Positions 52,940-64,000 of a DNA stretch of 64,000 nucleotides are shown here, piece after piece. The position numbers and the translations under genes were made by a program. The notes beneath the pieces were generated by a model. It had not been told where the DNA came from and searched no databases. It saw only the letters and a list, made by a program, of their open reading frames with translations. Positions within the stretch are counted from its first letter, which is position 1; each line of letters begins with the position of its first letter. This DNA is from Octopus vulgaris (lineage: Eukaryota), in assembly GCA_951406725.2 (NCBI GenBank), contig OX597819.1, forward strand, positions 5,580,001 through 5,644,000, given 5' to 3'.

Positions 52940-53162
52940 TATTGTTATACTTTGGAATGGTCATTTTGCCAGTTTAGCCAATAAAAACACACGCACTATA
53001 TATTTGGTGTTACTTTGCTTCAGTGTTATTTATTTTTTACATTAATCTTAATCTTATTTCGGCCAGAGTTCTTTCGTCACACTCCTGTGACAGCATCAGT
53101 GGTCCTTTGTTTTCTTCTTTCTTATTTGTGTGTCTCTCCTTACTAACCGTCAGCCATTTTGT
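52940..53162. mobile_element. Second copy of 41430-41648 element; variant hammerhead at 53061-53105 on minus strand
   Basis: reverse-complement match. Confidence 0.7.
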
Positions 53163-53200
53163 ATTTCTATTGTATGTCTTCATTTGCGCATGCTTATATC

Positions 53201-53231
<31 letters not shown>

Positions 53232-53233
53232 CA

Positions 53234-53336
<103 letters not shown>

Positions 53337-53420
53337 TTAGAGACAAAACCACTATTTTGCAAAACAAACAAGGAAAGACTTAATCAATACATAAAATTTT
53401 AATAAAAAGTAAAAAAAACG

Positions 53421-53463
53421 CCACTACAATTGTTTCATGTCTTGAACGACAATCTTCAGGTGG
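53421..53463 (-). ncRNA. Minimal type I hammerhead ribozyme motif (identical inverted copy)
   Basis: reverse complement of 53508-53550. Confidence 0.75.
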
Positions 53464-53507
53464 ATTTCCGATTTTCATAAATTGAAACTGATTTGAAAAT
53501 CGGAAAT

Positions 53508-53550
53508 CCACCTGAAGATTGTCGTTCAAGACATGAAACAATTGTAGTGG
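53508..53550 (+). ncRNA. Minimal type I hammerhead ribozyme motif
   Basis: CCAC CUGAAGA U UGUC-GUUCAA-GACA U GAAAC AAUU GUA GUGG; predicted cut after 53546. Confidence 0.75.
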
Positions 53551-53719
53551 CGGTTTTTTAAAACTTTTATTAAAATTTTATGTATTGATTAAGTCTTTCC
53601 TTGTTTGTTTTGCAAAATAGTGGTTTTGTCTCTAATTAATATTATATAATATTTTACTATAAAATTGGATTTAATCCTAAATCTGATTTTTTTCCTGTAA
53701 ATTTGGATTTATTCCCTAA

Positions 53720-53781
<62 letters not shown>

Positions 53782-54740
53782 GAAATGAGGTAATCATTTT
53801 TAATTGTCACTTTAATTTTAACTTTCCTATGATATACAATTTTCAAGATGGTGTAATTTGGTTGTTCATTTTGAATCGATAAAAGGTTTTTTTCAAATAT
53901 TTTATTTATAAGTCTGTGTGTATATATATGTAGTGGTATAAATATCAACACACAAAAATTTTTTTTTCTTCTCCATTTCCTCCCTTATTTTTATTTATTT
54001 TTTATTTTTATTTTTATTTTTATATTTATTTTTATTTTTATTTTCCCTTTTCTCTTTTTGTCTCTCTCCCCTTCTCCAAACACACAGAGACACACACACA
54101 CACGCACACAAACACACACGGACACACAGACACACACACACACACACCTCTACAAAATGATCATACAAAGTATGACCCCAAATGACATTTGACCATCCCC
54201 AAAATCACAAAAGGTGTAATTTCTGGCCAGCCTACCCACCAACACACACTCAGTGACACCAGAATGGACAGAGAGCTAAAATTCTTAGAACTCCCTAGGG
54301 GGTCCAGCAGGCCAAAGGAAATCCTTCTTCTTCTTCTTCTTCTTCTTCTTCTTTTTCTTCCCTCTCCCTCTCCCTTCCCCTCTTTCTCTTTAGCCTCAGA
54401 TACAAACGCACACACACACACACACACACATACACATACACACATGTTCTCTCTCTCACTTCCTCCTCCTCCACCTCACCCTCTTATACTGTCTTGTTCC
54501 TCCCCACTACTACGAAACTATAAAATGATCAAATTCCCCACAAAGGAATTAATTTGATTTGAAAACCCCACTAGAATGGGAGAAAGCACTAATAATCTGA
54601 ATGATATGATCTGAATGATATGAGATATATATATGTAAAAAATGTAATATATAAATAAATATCTATAAACATGAACCATCCGATCTTCTGATTACCTCAT
54701 TTCTTCTAATATATAATACCTGTACATCATCTCCAAACCT

Positions 54741-54797
<57 letters not shown>

Positions 54798-54801
<4 letters not shown>

Positions 54802-56193
54802 GGTATGTAGAAAAATACAACATGGACAAGAACGTATAACTCTTAGAAGACGATACAATAAACACGGACAGGACATTCGAAACCCTCAGTCTTCAGTCAA
54901 GAACCGGATCATCGTAGTAATTTCGGCTGATTAATCTTGAGATTACTAGATCACGGCCAGCCCTCCAAGAAAAACTAAGCAACGAGCATTAGAAAAACTA
55001 AGCTGGAAGCGTAGATTTCCTGGAAGAAGGATCGAATGCATACGAACACCAGGACAGCAAAAGGGACAGATATAAAAAAACAAAAAACAATAATGGAATA
55101 CAGAAACATGAAATACAGAAGCATTAACGGTGAAAACAACAAGTGTCTTACGACTGATAACAAGCAAACAAATTTTTCTCTGGCGCATTGGAAGGAGCCT
55201 TTATAGCGGCGGACGAAAAACAACGATGTTAACGTGACGATGGTCAGAAGCTGAAAGGCAGATTTCAGCCAGCAGTCACGTGACAGAGAAGAGAGAAAAG
55301 AAAAGAAAGAGAAGCAAAGGAGAGAGAGAGAGAGAGAGAGAGAGAGGAGGGACAAACGCAACAAAGAGAGAGAAGAGAGAGAAAGAAGGAATCAGAGAGG
55401 AGAAGGGATGGGTGTCGAAGATTGACCTGTGAGTGCAGAGCGAGACAAAGAAATAGGAGGGTAGTGGAAGATTAGACCAAAGAATCAGAGGAAAGAGAAG
55501 AGAAAAAGAGGATGAGTAGAGAGAAAAGAGAGAGAGAGAAGAGAGAGAGAAGGGGACAGATCAAGTAAAAATGAGAGAGAGAGAGAGACAAACAGAGAGT
55601 CGTACCAATTATTAAGAATATGTGCTCACATTAATGTTAAGAGGGTACGGGGCGCCTGGAATATATGTTAAGGTATGTAGAAAAATACAACATGGACAAG
55701 AACGTATAACTCTTAGAAGACGATACAATAAACACGGACAGGACATTCGAAACCCTCAGTCTTCAGTCAAGAACCGGATCATCGTAGTAATTTCGGCTGA
55801 TTAATCTTGAGATTACTAGATCACGGCCAGCCCTCCAAGAAAAACTAAGCAACGAGCATTAGAAAAACTAAGCTGGAAGCGTAGATTTCCTGGAAGAAGG
55901 ATCGAATGCATACGAACACCAGGACAGCAAAAGGGACAGATATAAAAAAAACAAAAAACAATAATGGAATACAGAAACATGAAATACAGAAGCATTAACG
56001 GTGAAAACAACAAGTGTCTTACGACTGATAACAAGCAAACAAATTTTTTCTCTGGCGCATTGGAAGGAGCCTTTATAGCGGCGGACGAAAAACAACGATG
56101 TTAACGTGACGATGGTCAGAAGCTGAAAGGCAGATTTCAGCCAGCAGTCACGTGACAGAGAAGAGAGAAAAGAAAAGAAAGAGAAGCAAAGGA

Positions 56194-56224
<31 letters not shown>

Positions 56225-56346
56225 GAGGGACAAACGCAACAAAGAGAGAGAAGAGAGAGAAAGAAGGAATCAGAGAGGAGAAGGGATGGGTGTCGAAGAT
56301 TGACCTGTGAGTGCAGAGCGAGACAAAGAAATAGGAGGGTAGTGGA
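54798..56346. repeat. Partial tandem duplication with period 870 bp (54798-55468 ~ 55668-56346)
   Basis: near-identical ~670-bp direct repeats differing mainly in homopolymer and GA-run length. Confidence 0.9.
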
Positions 56347-56569
56347 TAGTTATAATATGTGTGTTAATGTTGCTATTTAATGTTGTTTATCTATACTACA
56401 TACTCACACTCAATTAGCTCCTTTTCAGCAGACCACACGCACTAAATAAACATAGACGCACATAGAGATATAAGCATGCGCAAATGAAGACATTGTTGAT
56501 TTTGTTGACTACACAGTATAGTAGGGTCAGTTGGGCACCATCTTTGAGAAAAACAGCACCATGACATAT

Positions 56570-57192
56570 TTTACTCTGCCAGAAATTTGGAAACGACATG
56601 CTGTATTGCTTGGAAATCGTGACGGAAGCTCCAATACGAACATATACCGTGAGTGATAAAAATCAAACATCAAGTCAACATCATGGTATTTGGAGTGATC
56701 ATTCGTGATGGTGACGTTATGCCTCCATTCATCTTCCTACATGGCTTCACACTGGAAGGCACTATGTCTGGAAACAAGACATGTGCATCATGCCACACAA
56801 GCGGGAGAACCCAGTCATGGCTGTCAGATAATTTCTGCGACCACATCACCCCTAACATCTGGCCACCTAACTACCCAGACTGCAACCGCAGTATTATGTG
56901 TGGGGCGCAGTTGAGTGAGAGAACAACAAAACTCCTTGTAACACCAAATATGAACTGAAAGCAAGGCTTGTGACAGCATTCTCCAACAAGGAGACGGTCC
57001 AGAAGAGTTGCAGGAGAGTCCGAAGTCGTCTGGAGGCCATGGTTGAAGCCAATGGCGATTTTATTGAATAAATTTACTCTTTAGTATTTCAAGATATTTT
57101 GATGAAGTTTTGGTCAATATATGTTAAAATGAGATGTCAGTGTTATTTTCATTTTTGCATAATTTAGACGACAGTTTATTCATCGCACCCTG
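56570..57192 (+). mobile_element. Tc1/mariner-superfamily (maT/rosa-like) transposase remnant with right TIR
   Basis: IMVFGVI..DGDVMPPFIF, CHTSGRTQSWL, WPPNYPDCN, RLEAMVEANGDFIE; ends CGCACCCTG|TA. Confidence 0.75.
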
Positions 57193-57284
57193 TATACATA
57201 TGTCATATGCACGCAACGACACAAACATAATTACACACAGGTATAGTTACATACACACACATGTTTCACAAAGGAAATAGTACT

Positions 57285-57513
57285 TATTTCTTTACCACCC
57301 ACAAGGGGCTAAACACAGAGGGGACAAACAAGGACTGACAAACGGATCAAGTCGATTACATCGACTCCAGTGCGTAACTGGTACTTATTTAATCGGCCTT
57401 GAAAGGATGAAAGGCAAAGTCGACCTCGGCGGAATTTGAACTCAGAACGTAACGGCAGACGAAATACGGCTACGCATTTCGCCCGGCGTGCTAACGTTTC
57501 TGCCAGCTCGCCA
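57285..57513 (-). mobile_element. SINE E
   Basis: full-length family match. Confidence 0.9.
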
Positions 57514-57577
57514 AGAGTACTGGAAACTATTGTGGTTGTGGAGCATATTTTGTGAACCTAAACCCGTAATTCACTAT

Positions 57578-57998
57578 ACTCTTTTACTCTCTTTTACTTG
57601 TTTCAGTCATTTGACTGCGGCCACGCTGGAGCACCGCCTTTAGTCGAGCAAATCGACCCCGGGACTTATTCTTTGTAAGCCCAGTACTTATTCTATCAGT
57701 CTCTTTTGCCGAACCACTAAGTGACGGGGACGTAAACACACCAGCATCGGTTGTCAAGCAATGCTAGGGGGACAAACACAGACACACAGTCACACAAACA
57801 TATACACACACACTTATATATATATACATATATACGACAGGCTTCTTTCAGTTTCTGTCTACCAAATCCACTCACAAGGCTTTTGTTGGCCTGGGGCTAT
57901 AGCAGAAGACACTTACCCAAGATGCCACGCAGTGAGACTGAACCCGGAACCATGTGGTTGGTTAGCAAGCTACTTACCACACAGCCACTCCTGCACCT
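57578..57998 (-). mobile_element. SINE A
   Basis: family match. Confidence 0.9.
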
Positions 57999-58369
57999 AT
58001 GTTGCCTTTGTGTCGATGAAACCTTTCAGTTAACAATAGATTAATTTAAGTTGTTACCTCAGTGATTGCTTTAAGTGAGAAACTTTGAGCGTCAGCAGAG
58101 AGACTCATTAGTTTCGTAGAAACACACACACACAAGAATTTACATACAATGCCTTCAAAAAATTCGCAACATCTAGAAGAAACAGAATAAAGAATGTAAA
58201 ATGGCGCACAAATGCAGTTAGCGGAATCACAGAAATATTTGGTCAAATGGAAAAGACAACAAAATGATGTAGAAAAAATATCTTAAATTTTGTATGAACT
58301 ATGTCAGTAATTCCTGGATCCCTCAATTTTTTCCCACTGTAAATCACAATAAAGTACAAAGTACACATA

Positions 58370-58790
58370 GGCGCAGGAGTGGCTGTGTGGTAAGTAGCTT
58401 GCTAACCAGCCACATGGTTCCGGGTTCAGTCCCACTGCGTGGCACTTGGGCAAGTGTCTTCTACTATAGTCTCGGGTCGACCAATGCCTTGTGAGTGGAT
58501 TTGGTAGACGGAAACTGAAAGAAGCCTGTCGTATATATGTATATATATGTATATATGTGTATGTGTGTGTGTTTGTGTGTCTGTGTTTGTCCCCTAGCAT
58601 TGCTTGACAACCGATGCTGGTGTGTTTACGTCCCAGTCACCTAGCGGTTCGGCAAAAGTGACCGATAGAATAAGTACTGGGCTTACAAAGAATAAGTTCC
58701 GGGGTCGATTTGCTCGACTAAAGGCGGTGCTCTAGCATGGCCGCAGTCAAATGACTGAAACAAGTAAAAGAGTAAAAGAGTAAAAGAGTA
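58370..58790 (+). mobile_element. SINE A
   Basis: family match with (GTAAAAGA)n tail. Confidence 0.9.
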
Positions 58791-58962
58791 AGCCGTGTGT
58801 GGTGCATCATATTAGAACAAGATGTAAACCAACCAACCTACACAAATAAATCCTTTAGGAACGCCTGGCTAGACATGGGAGGGGCACAATAAATCTTAGT
58901 CTTACAGCCCCTCCACTAAGTGGAATACCAAGTCCAAACATCCAGGCACATGTCTACTACTG

Positions 58963-59284
58963 ACACTCTGTCGGTTACGACGATGAAGGCTCCAGCTGAT
59001 CCGTTCAACGGAACAGCCTGCTCATTAAATTTACGTGCAAGTGGCTGAGCACTCCACAGAAACGCGTACTCTTAACATAGTTCCCAAGAAGATTCAGGGT
59101 GACACTGAATGTGATAAGGCCGGCCCTTTGTATTACAAGTACAACTCATTTTTGCCAGCTGAGTGGACTGGAACAACGGGAAATAAAGCGTCTTGCTCAA
59201 GGATAGAGCGCGCCACCGGGAATCGAACTCCCGATCTTGCGATCGGGAGTCGATTACTCTAACGACTAAGTCACGCACCTTCAC
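58963..59284 (-). mobile_element. SINE C (diverged)
   Basis: matches 9443-9767. Confidence 0.8.
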
Positions 59285-60540
59285 ATTCAACAACATATAC
59301 AAAACCCACAAATAATATTTGAGAGAGTACCCATGCGGTCACTCGATCTAATAGAACTAGCAACTAAATCTCCATCAAATCCTTCTACTCTTAATAATGA
59401 GGGACACACTGAATATTGTAGTCTTGGATATAAAACAGAGGAAACGGGCGCAGCTGGAGCTCTTTTGATTATATGTTTCCTTGATCAGAGTTGACCAAGG
59501 CTTAAACAAAATGACAAGATACAACGTTATACACTATATTTTCCAGTCGCTACAAGCAAACATAAAGCACATACACATAGAAAATAAGCAATGCCAACAG
59601 CCTTTTTGACTACAAATATGGTACTAGAACACCATGAAGGATAAGCATTGAAGAACTGCAGATGTCATGCTCTGACCAAGTCCACCTTGTTGCTTTCGTT
59701 GAGGAGAATCTGCAGGTGTACAGAAATAGTTCGGGCAGAGGAGAGAATTCAGCGCGTACAGACTGTCACATTCACCCGAAATGATTCATCAATGCACTCC
59801 AGAGTGCTAGATGAAGACATGGTAAAACCGGAAAGGTGGATCTTGCTTAATCGTTCAGCTGAGTGACTACGTGCCGTAAGATTGCTGGATCAGAGTTGTC
59901 ATGGTGTTACACAACATTAACAATTGGTTTTCCGTTCAAAGTGTTTGATAGTTCACCGTAGACAGAAAGGGATACAAACTCAACATTGACACTGACTAAA
60001 AATACGTCTAGACACGGTTTAGGAAAAACATTGACAGGACCCAACATCTTGGAGTTGGCGTCGTAAATGACCTGCGGAAGCTAAATCAGTGCATTACAAA
60101 TAGATACACAGTGTGCTTTCTTTAGGCCTATCCCGATCGAATATCGAACTGTGCCCGGATTATACTAACACATATCAGTAACATGAAAGAATACGCGTAA
60201 TTTCACGAAAAAATGAAAAGTCTCTTAATATGTTACTGAACATTCTAAAGCATCAATCTCTTTGGTTTCAGAAGGTCTGCGGAAACCGTGGGCCCTGTCA
60301 TTTTCATTAAACCAAATAATAAAAGGCTATCACTGTATCGTACATTAAACCGAGTCAGCTGTGAACAATGAAGTTGGGATTCAGAAGGATTACGCGTTGT
60401 TTCAAACTCTGAATCAGTTGTTACACTTTTGGCTGTTTGCGATTTCCATCATAATTCTTACTGATGATTGTGTGACATGGAACAACTCAGTAGAATCAAC
60501 ACTGAAACCGCTCATGCATGCCACATATAATGTCATTTTG

Positions 60541-60940
60541 ACGCAGGAGTAGCTGTGTGGTAAGTAGCTTGCTAACCAACCACATGGTTTCGGGTTCAGT
60601 TCCACTGCATGGCATCTTGGGCAAGTGTCTTCTGCTATAGCCCCGGGCCGACCAATGCCTTGTGAGTGGATTTGGTAGACGGAAACTGAAAGAAGCCTGT
60701 CGTATATATGTATATATATATATATGTGTGTGTGTGTTTGTGTGTCTGTGTTTGTCCCCCTAGTATTGCTTGACAACCGATGCTGGTGTGTTTACGTCCC
60801 CGTCACTTAGCGGTTCGGCAAAAGAGAACGATAGAGTAGGTACTGGGCTTACAAAGAATAAGTCCCGGGGTCGATTTGCTCGACTAAAGGCGGTGCTCCA
60901 GCATGGCCGCAGTCAAATGACTGAAACAAGCAAAAAAAAA
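60541..60940 (+). mobile_element. SINE A
   Basis: family match. Confidence 0.9.
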
Positions 60941-60962
60941 ATATCTTAGCATGCCAGCTCAC

Positions 60963-61160
60963 CGAGCTGGCATAATCGTTAAAGTGTTGGACAAAATGCT
61001 ATGCTGTTTTTCGTTTGGCTTTTTACCTTCTGGTTTCAAATTCCACAGACGTCAATCTTTGCTTTTTATTCTTTCCTGATCGATAAAATAAAACATCAGT
61101 CAAGTATTAGGGTTGATGGCATCAACTAATTTTTCCCCTTAAAAGTTGCTGACCTTGCGC
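60963..61160 (+). mobile_element. Old SINE E
   Basis: diverged family motifs. Confidence 0.6.
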
Positions 61161-62361
61161 TTTGACAGAAATCCTTATAGGTAGCATGCATCTAGTATCA
61201 CTATACTCATATATCGGTATTGGCTTTGTTGAGAATTGCGAGAGTGATGTGAGATATTGCGATATCAAGACCAACAAAGTAAGACTTCAAAACTCACATA
61301 CGATAAGGATTACGTAGACAATACAAACTAAAAAAAATTGCTCCACCCAATCCGAATTCGGTAGATTAGCCACCATTACCTCGATTAGGAAAGATAGGAC
61401 TTCATCAAAATCTTGCAAACAACAATAGAATTTGAAATTTGATTCTACGTGCTGTTAGTGTCAGCATAAAAAAAGGTGTTGGAAAAATACTATGTAGTCA
61501 AATTCACTAGTAATTTATATATACAGGAGATGGGTGCGGCTATCTTTGCCTCAAACTGTTCCTTCTCTTACAGAAAAAGAATTGTATATTCAAGAATATT
61601 CTCACATAAAAAGTGATATAAATGCATGATCGCTGTAATTTTCAATAAAGAAGTAAAAAACAAAGCGCTTAATTAACCGAACTATTTGCTTTCTGAATTC
61701 AGTTCCCACTAAGATTCTATCCATCCTTCAGCCAAGTTCTGAGTTTAATTCAATCGACTGTAACACTTCCCTACGTACTGTCGGTCAGATGCCCATAAAT
61801 AATTTTTTTTTTTTTAATATATGAAATAATTTCGTGAAAATGGCTTACACAACTAGCTGCATCACTTTTGCCAAATTTACATTGGAAATACCGATGTATT
61901 TGTCTGTACATTAACTGTACTGACGCTATTTACTCGCATTCTACTCCTCTCTTTCTTCTACGATTACCTCATCTCATAAATTTTCAGCTTTGTATAGAAG
62001 AAAAAAGAGAAAATCCAGTATTTTGGAAATGTTCGTTCCAGTATATTTTTCAGAAAATGATTTCATTGTGACATTATGTAATCAACATCCTTTTTTTATG
62101 AGTGGTTTATCATTTGAATGGATAAATATCGACCCCAGTGTTCAACTGGTACTTATTTGATCGGCTAAGCGATGGTAGGAGACAAACATAGACAAGAAAG
62201 ACACACACAGATATTTGCATGAACTAAAAGTCGGAAGGGGGCGGGGTAAACTACCTGCATCAACTTGCTATAAAAGCAGGTGGTGATTTTACCTTATCCT
62301 TATTCTTAGTACAAGTTTTGAAGAGTGCAGTTCGATTTTATCAGTTATTTTTCAAAGCTAT

Positions 62362-63272
62362 AATGGCAGTGACAAAGGAGCAAATTCAACATATTTTGTT
62401 TTATGAGTTCAATAAAGGAAACAACGGAACGGAAAGTGCGAGGAATATTAATACAGTATATGGTGATCAGACAATAAGAAATTCTTTGCCGGAAACTACA
62501 GCCTAGAAGACGAGCCTTATCCTGGAAGATCTGTAGAGCTCAACGAGGACGTCCTGCAAACCCTGGTGGAACAAAATCCCATCGTAACCATTGAGTAACT
62601 AGCAGAAATGCCTGGATTTGGTCATTCAACCATTCATTGGCACCTGCGGGCCATCGGAAAAGTCAGCATATTGGGTAAAATAATTCCTCACAAACTTTAT
62701 GTGTCTAATAACGTGCAGAGAGTGAATGTGTGCTCTTCTTTGCTGTCACGTTTCATGAATGAACCTTTTTGGACTGAATAGTGACTGGTGACGAGAAATG
62801 GGTTCTCTATAAGAATGTCAAGTGCCGAAGACAGTGGGTAGGGAAAGGAGAAACACTGGCACTCCAGGTTAAAGAAGGTTTTCACCCACATAAAGTGTTG
62901 TTATCTGTTTGGTGGGATATGAAAGGTTTATTCTACTTTGAACTTTTAACTCTAAACAAAACGATAACAAAGGAGATCTACTTGCAAGCAGCTTGAGTAC
63001 CTTAAGTCAGCGCTAGAAGAAAAACGACCATCTTTGGTTTCAAGACGAAAAGAGTTCTTCCATCGGGATAATGCTCGGCCACATACAGCGAGGATGACAT
63101 TCCAAAGGCTGGGGCAGTTTGAATGGGAAACAATGCCTCACCCACTATATTCGCCGGACATTGCCCCATCTGATTATCATTTATTCCGCAGTCTTCAAAA
63201 TCATTCAGACGGAAAAAATATGAATCCTGTAGAGTATTTTTCGTCACGGACAAATGAATTTGGGAAGAGGGG
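62362..63272 (+). pseudogene. mariner (DD34D) transposase pseudogene
   Basis: MAVTKEQIQHILFYEF, TGDEKWVLY, KVLLSVWWD, DNARPH, HPLYSPDIAPSDYHLF; stops and frameshifts. Confidence 0.9.
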
Positions 63273-63274
63273 CC

Positions 63275-63681
<407 letters not shown>

Positions 63682-63741
63682 CATGTATAATGTATATATG
63701 TAACATGTATAATTACATATATTTATAATTATGCTACTATA

Positions 63742-64000
63742 AGGCACAGGAGTGGCTGTGTGGTAAGTAGCTTGTTTACCAACCACATGGTTCCGGGTTC
63801 AGTCCCACTGCGTGGCACCTTGGGCAAGTGTCTTCTACTATAGCCTCGGGCCGACCAAAGCCTTGTGAGTGGATTTGGTAGACGGAAACTGGCGTGTGTG
63901 TGTTTGTGTGTCTGTGTTTGTCCCCTAGCATTGCTTGACAACCGATGCTGGTGTGTTTATGTCTCCGTTACTTAGCGGTTCGGCAAAAGTGACCGATAGA
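63742..64000 (+). mobile_element. SINE A (internal deletion, runs off window end)
   Basis: family match. Confidence 0.88.

Noticed and set aside
59640-59900. Complex-sequence stretch as possible host exon
   Set aside because: No recognisable domain or convincing splice sites; RNA-seq would be needed.
62362-63272. Domesticated SETMAR-like transposase
   Set aside because: Multiple stops and frameshifts, no SET domain.

Overview
Eukaryotic, AT-rich, repeat-saturated non-coding DNA (intergenic or intronic). The SINE repertoire and microsatellite load suggest an octopus/cephalopod genome; this is inference from recognised repeat sequence, not a database result. No host exon or intact host gene is supported. 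Contents: (i) about 50 copies of five tRNA-headed SINE families, labelled A-E here; (ii) degraded Penelope-like elements (PLE: RT + GIY-YIG); (iii) RTE and R4/Dong-type LINE fragments; (iv) four Helitrons, two of them joined exactly head-to-tail; (v) Tc1/mariner remnants and MITEs; (vi) long microsatellites that produce most ORFs in the track. The most interesting signal is a set of short non-coding inserts sitting in (TA)n tracts that carry minimal type-I hammerhead ribozyme motifs with palindromic helix III, often in inverted or partially tandem arrangement. The best examples are the double-hammerhead palindrome at 53323-53648 and the hammerhead at 8795-8886. They look like non-autonomous PLE-derived, retrozyme-like elements. 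Coordinates were read by eye; diverged repeat ends are approximate.
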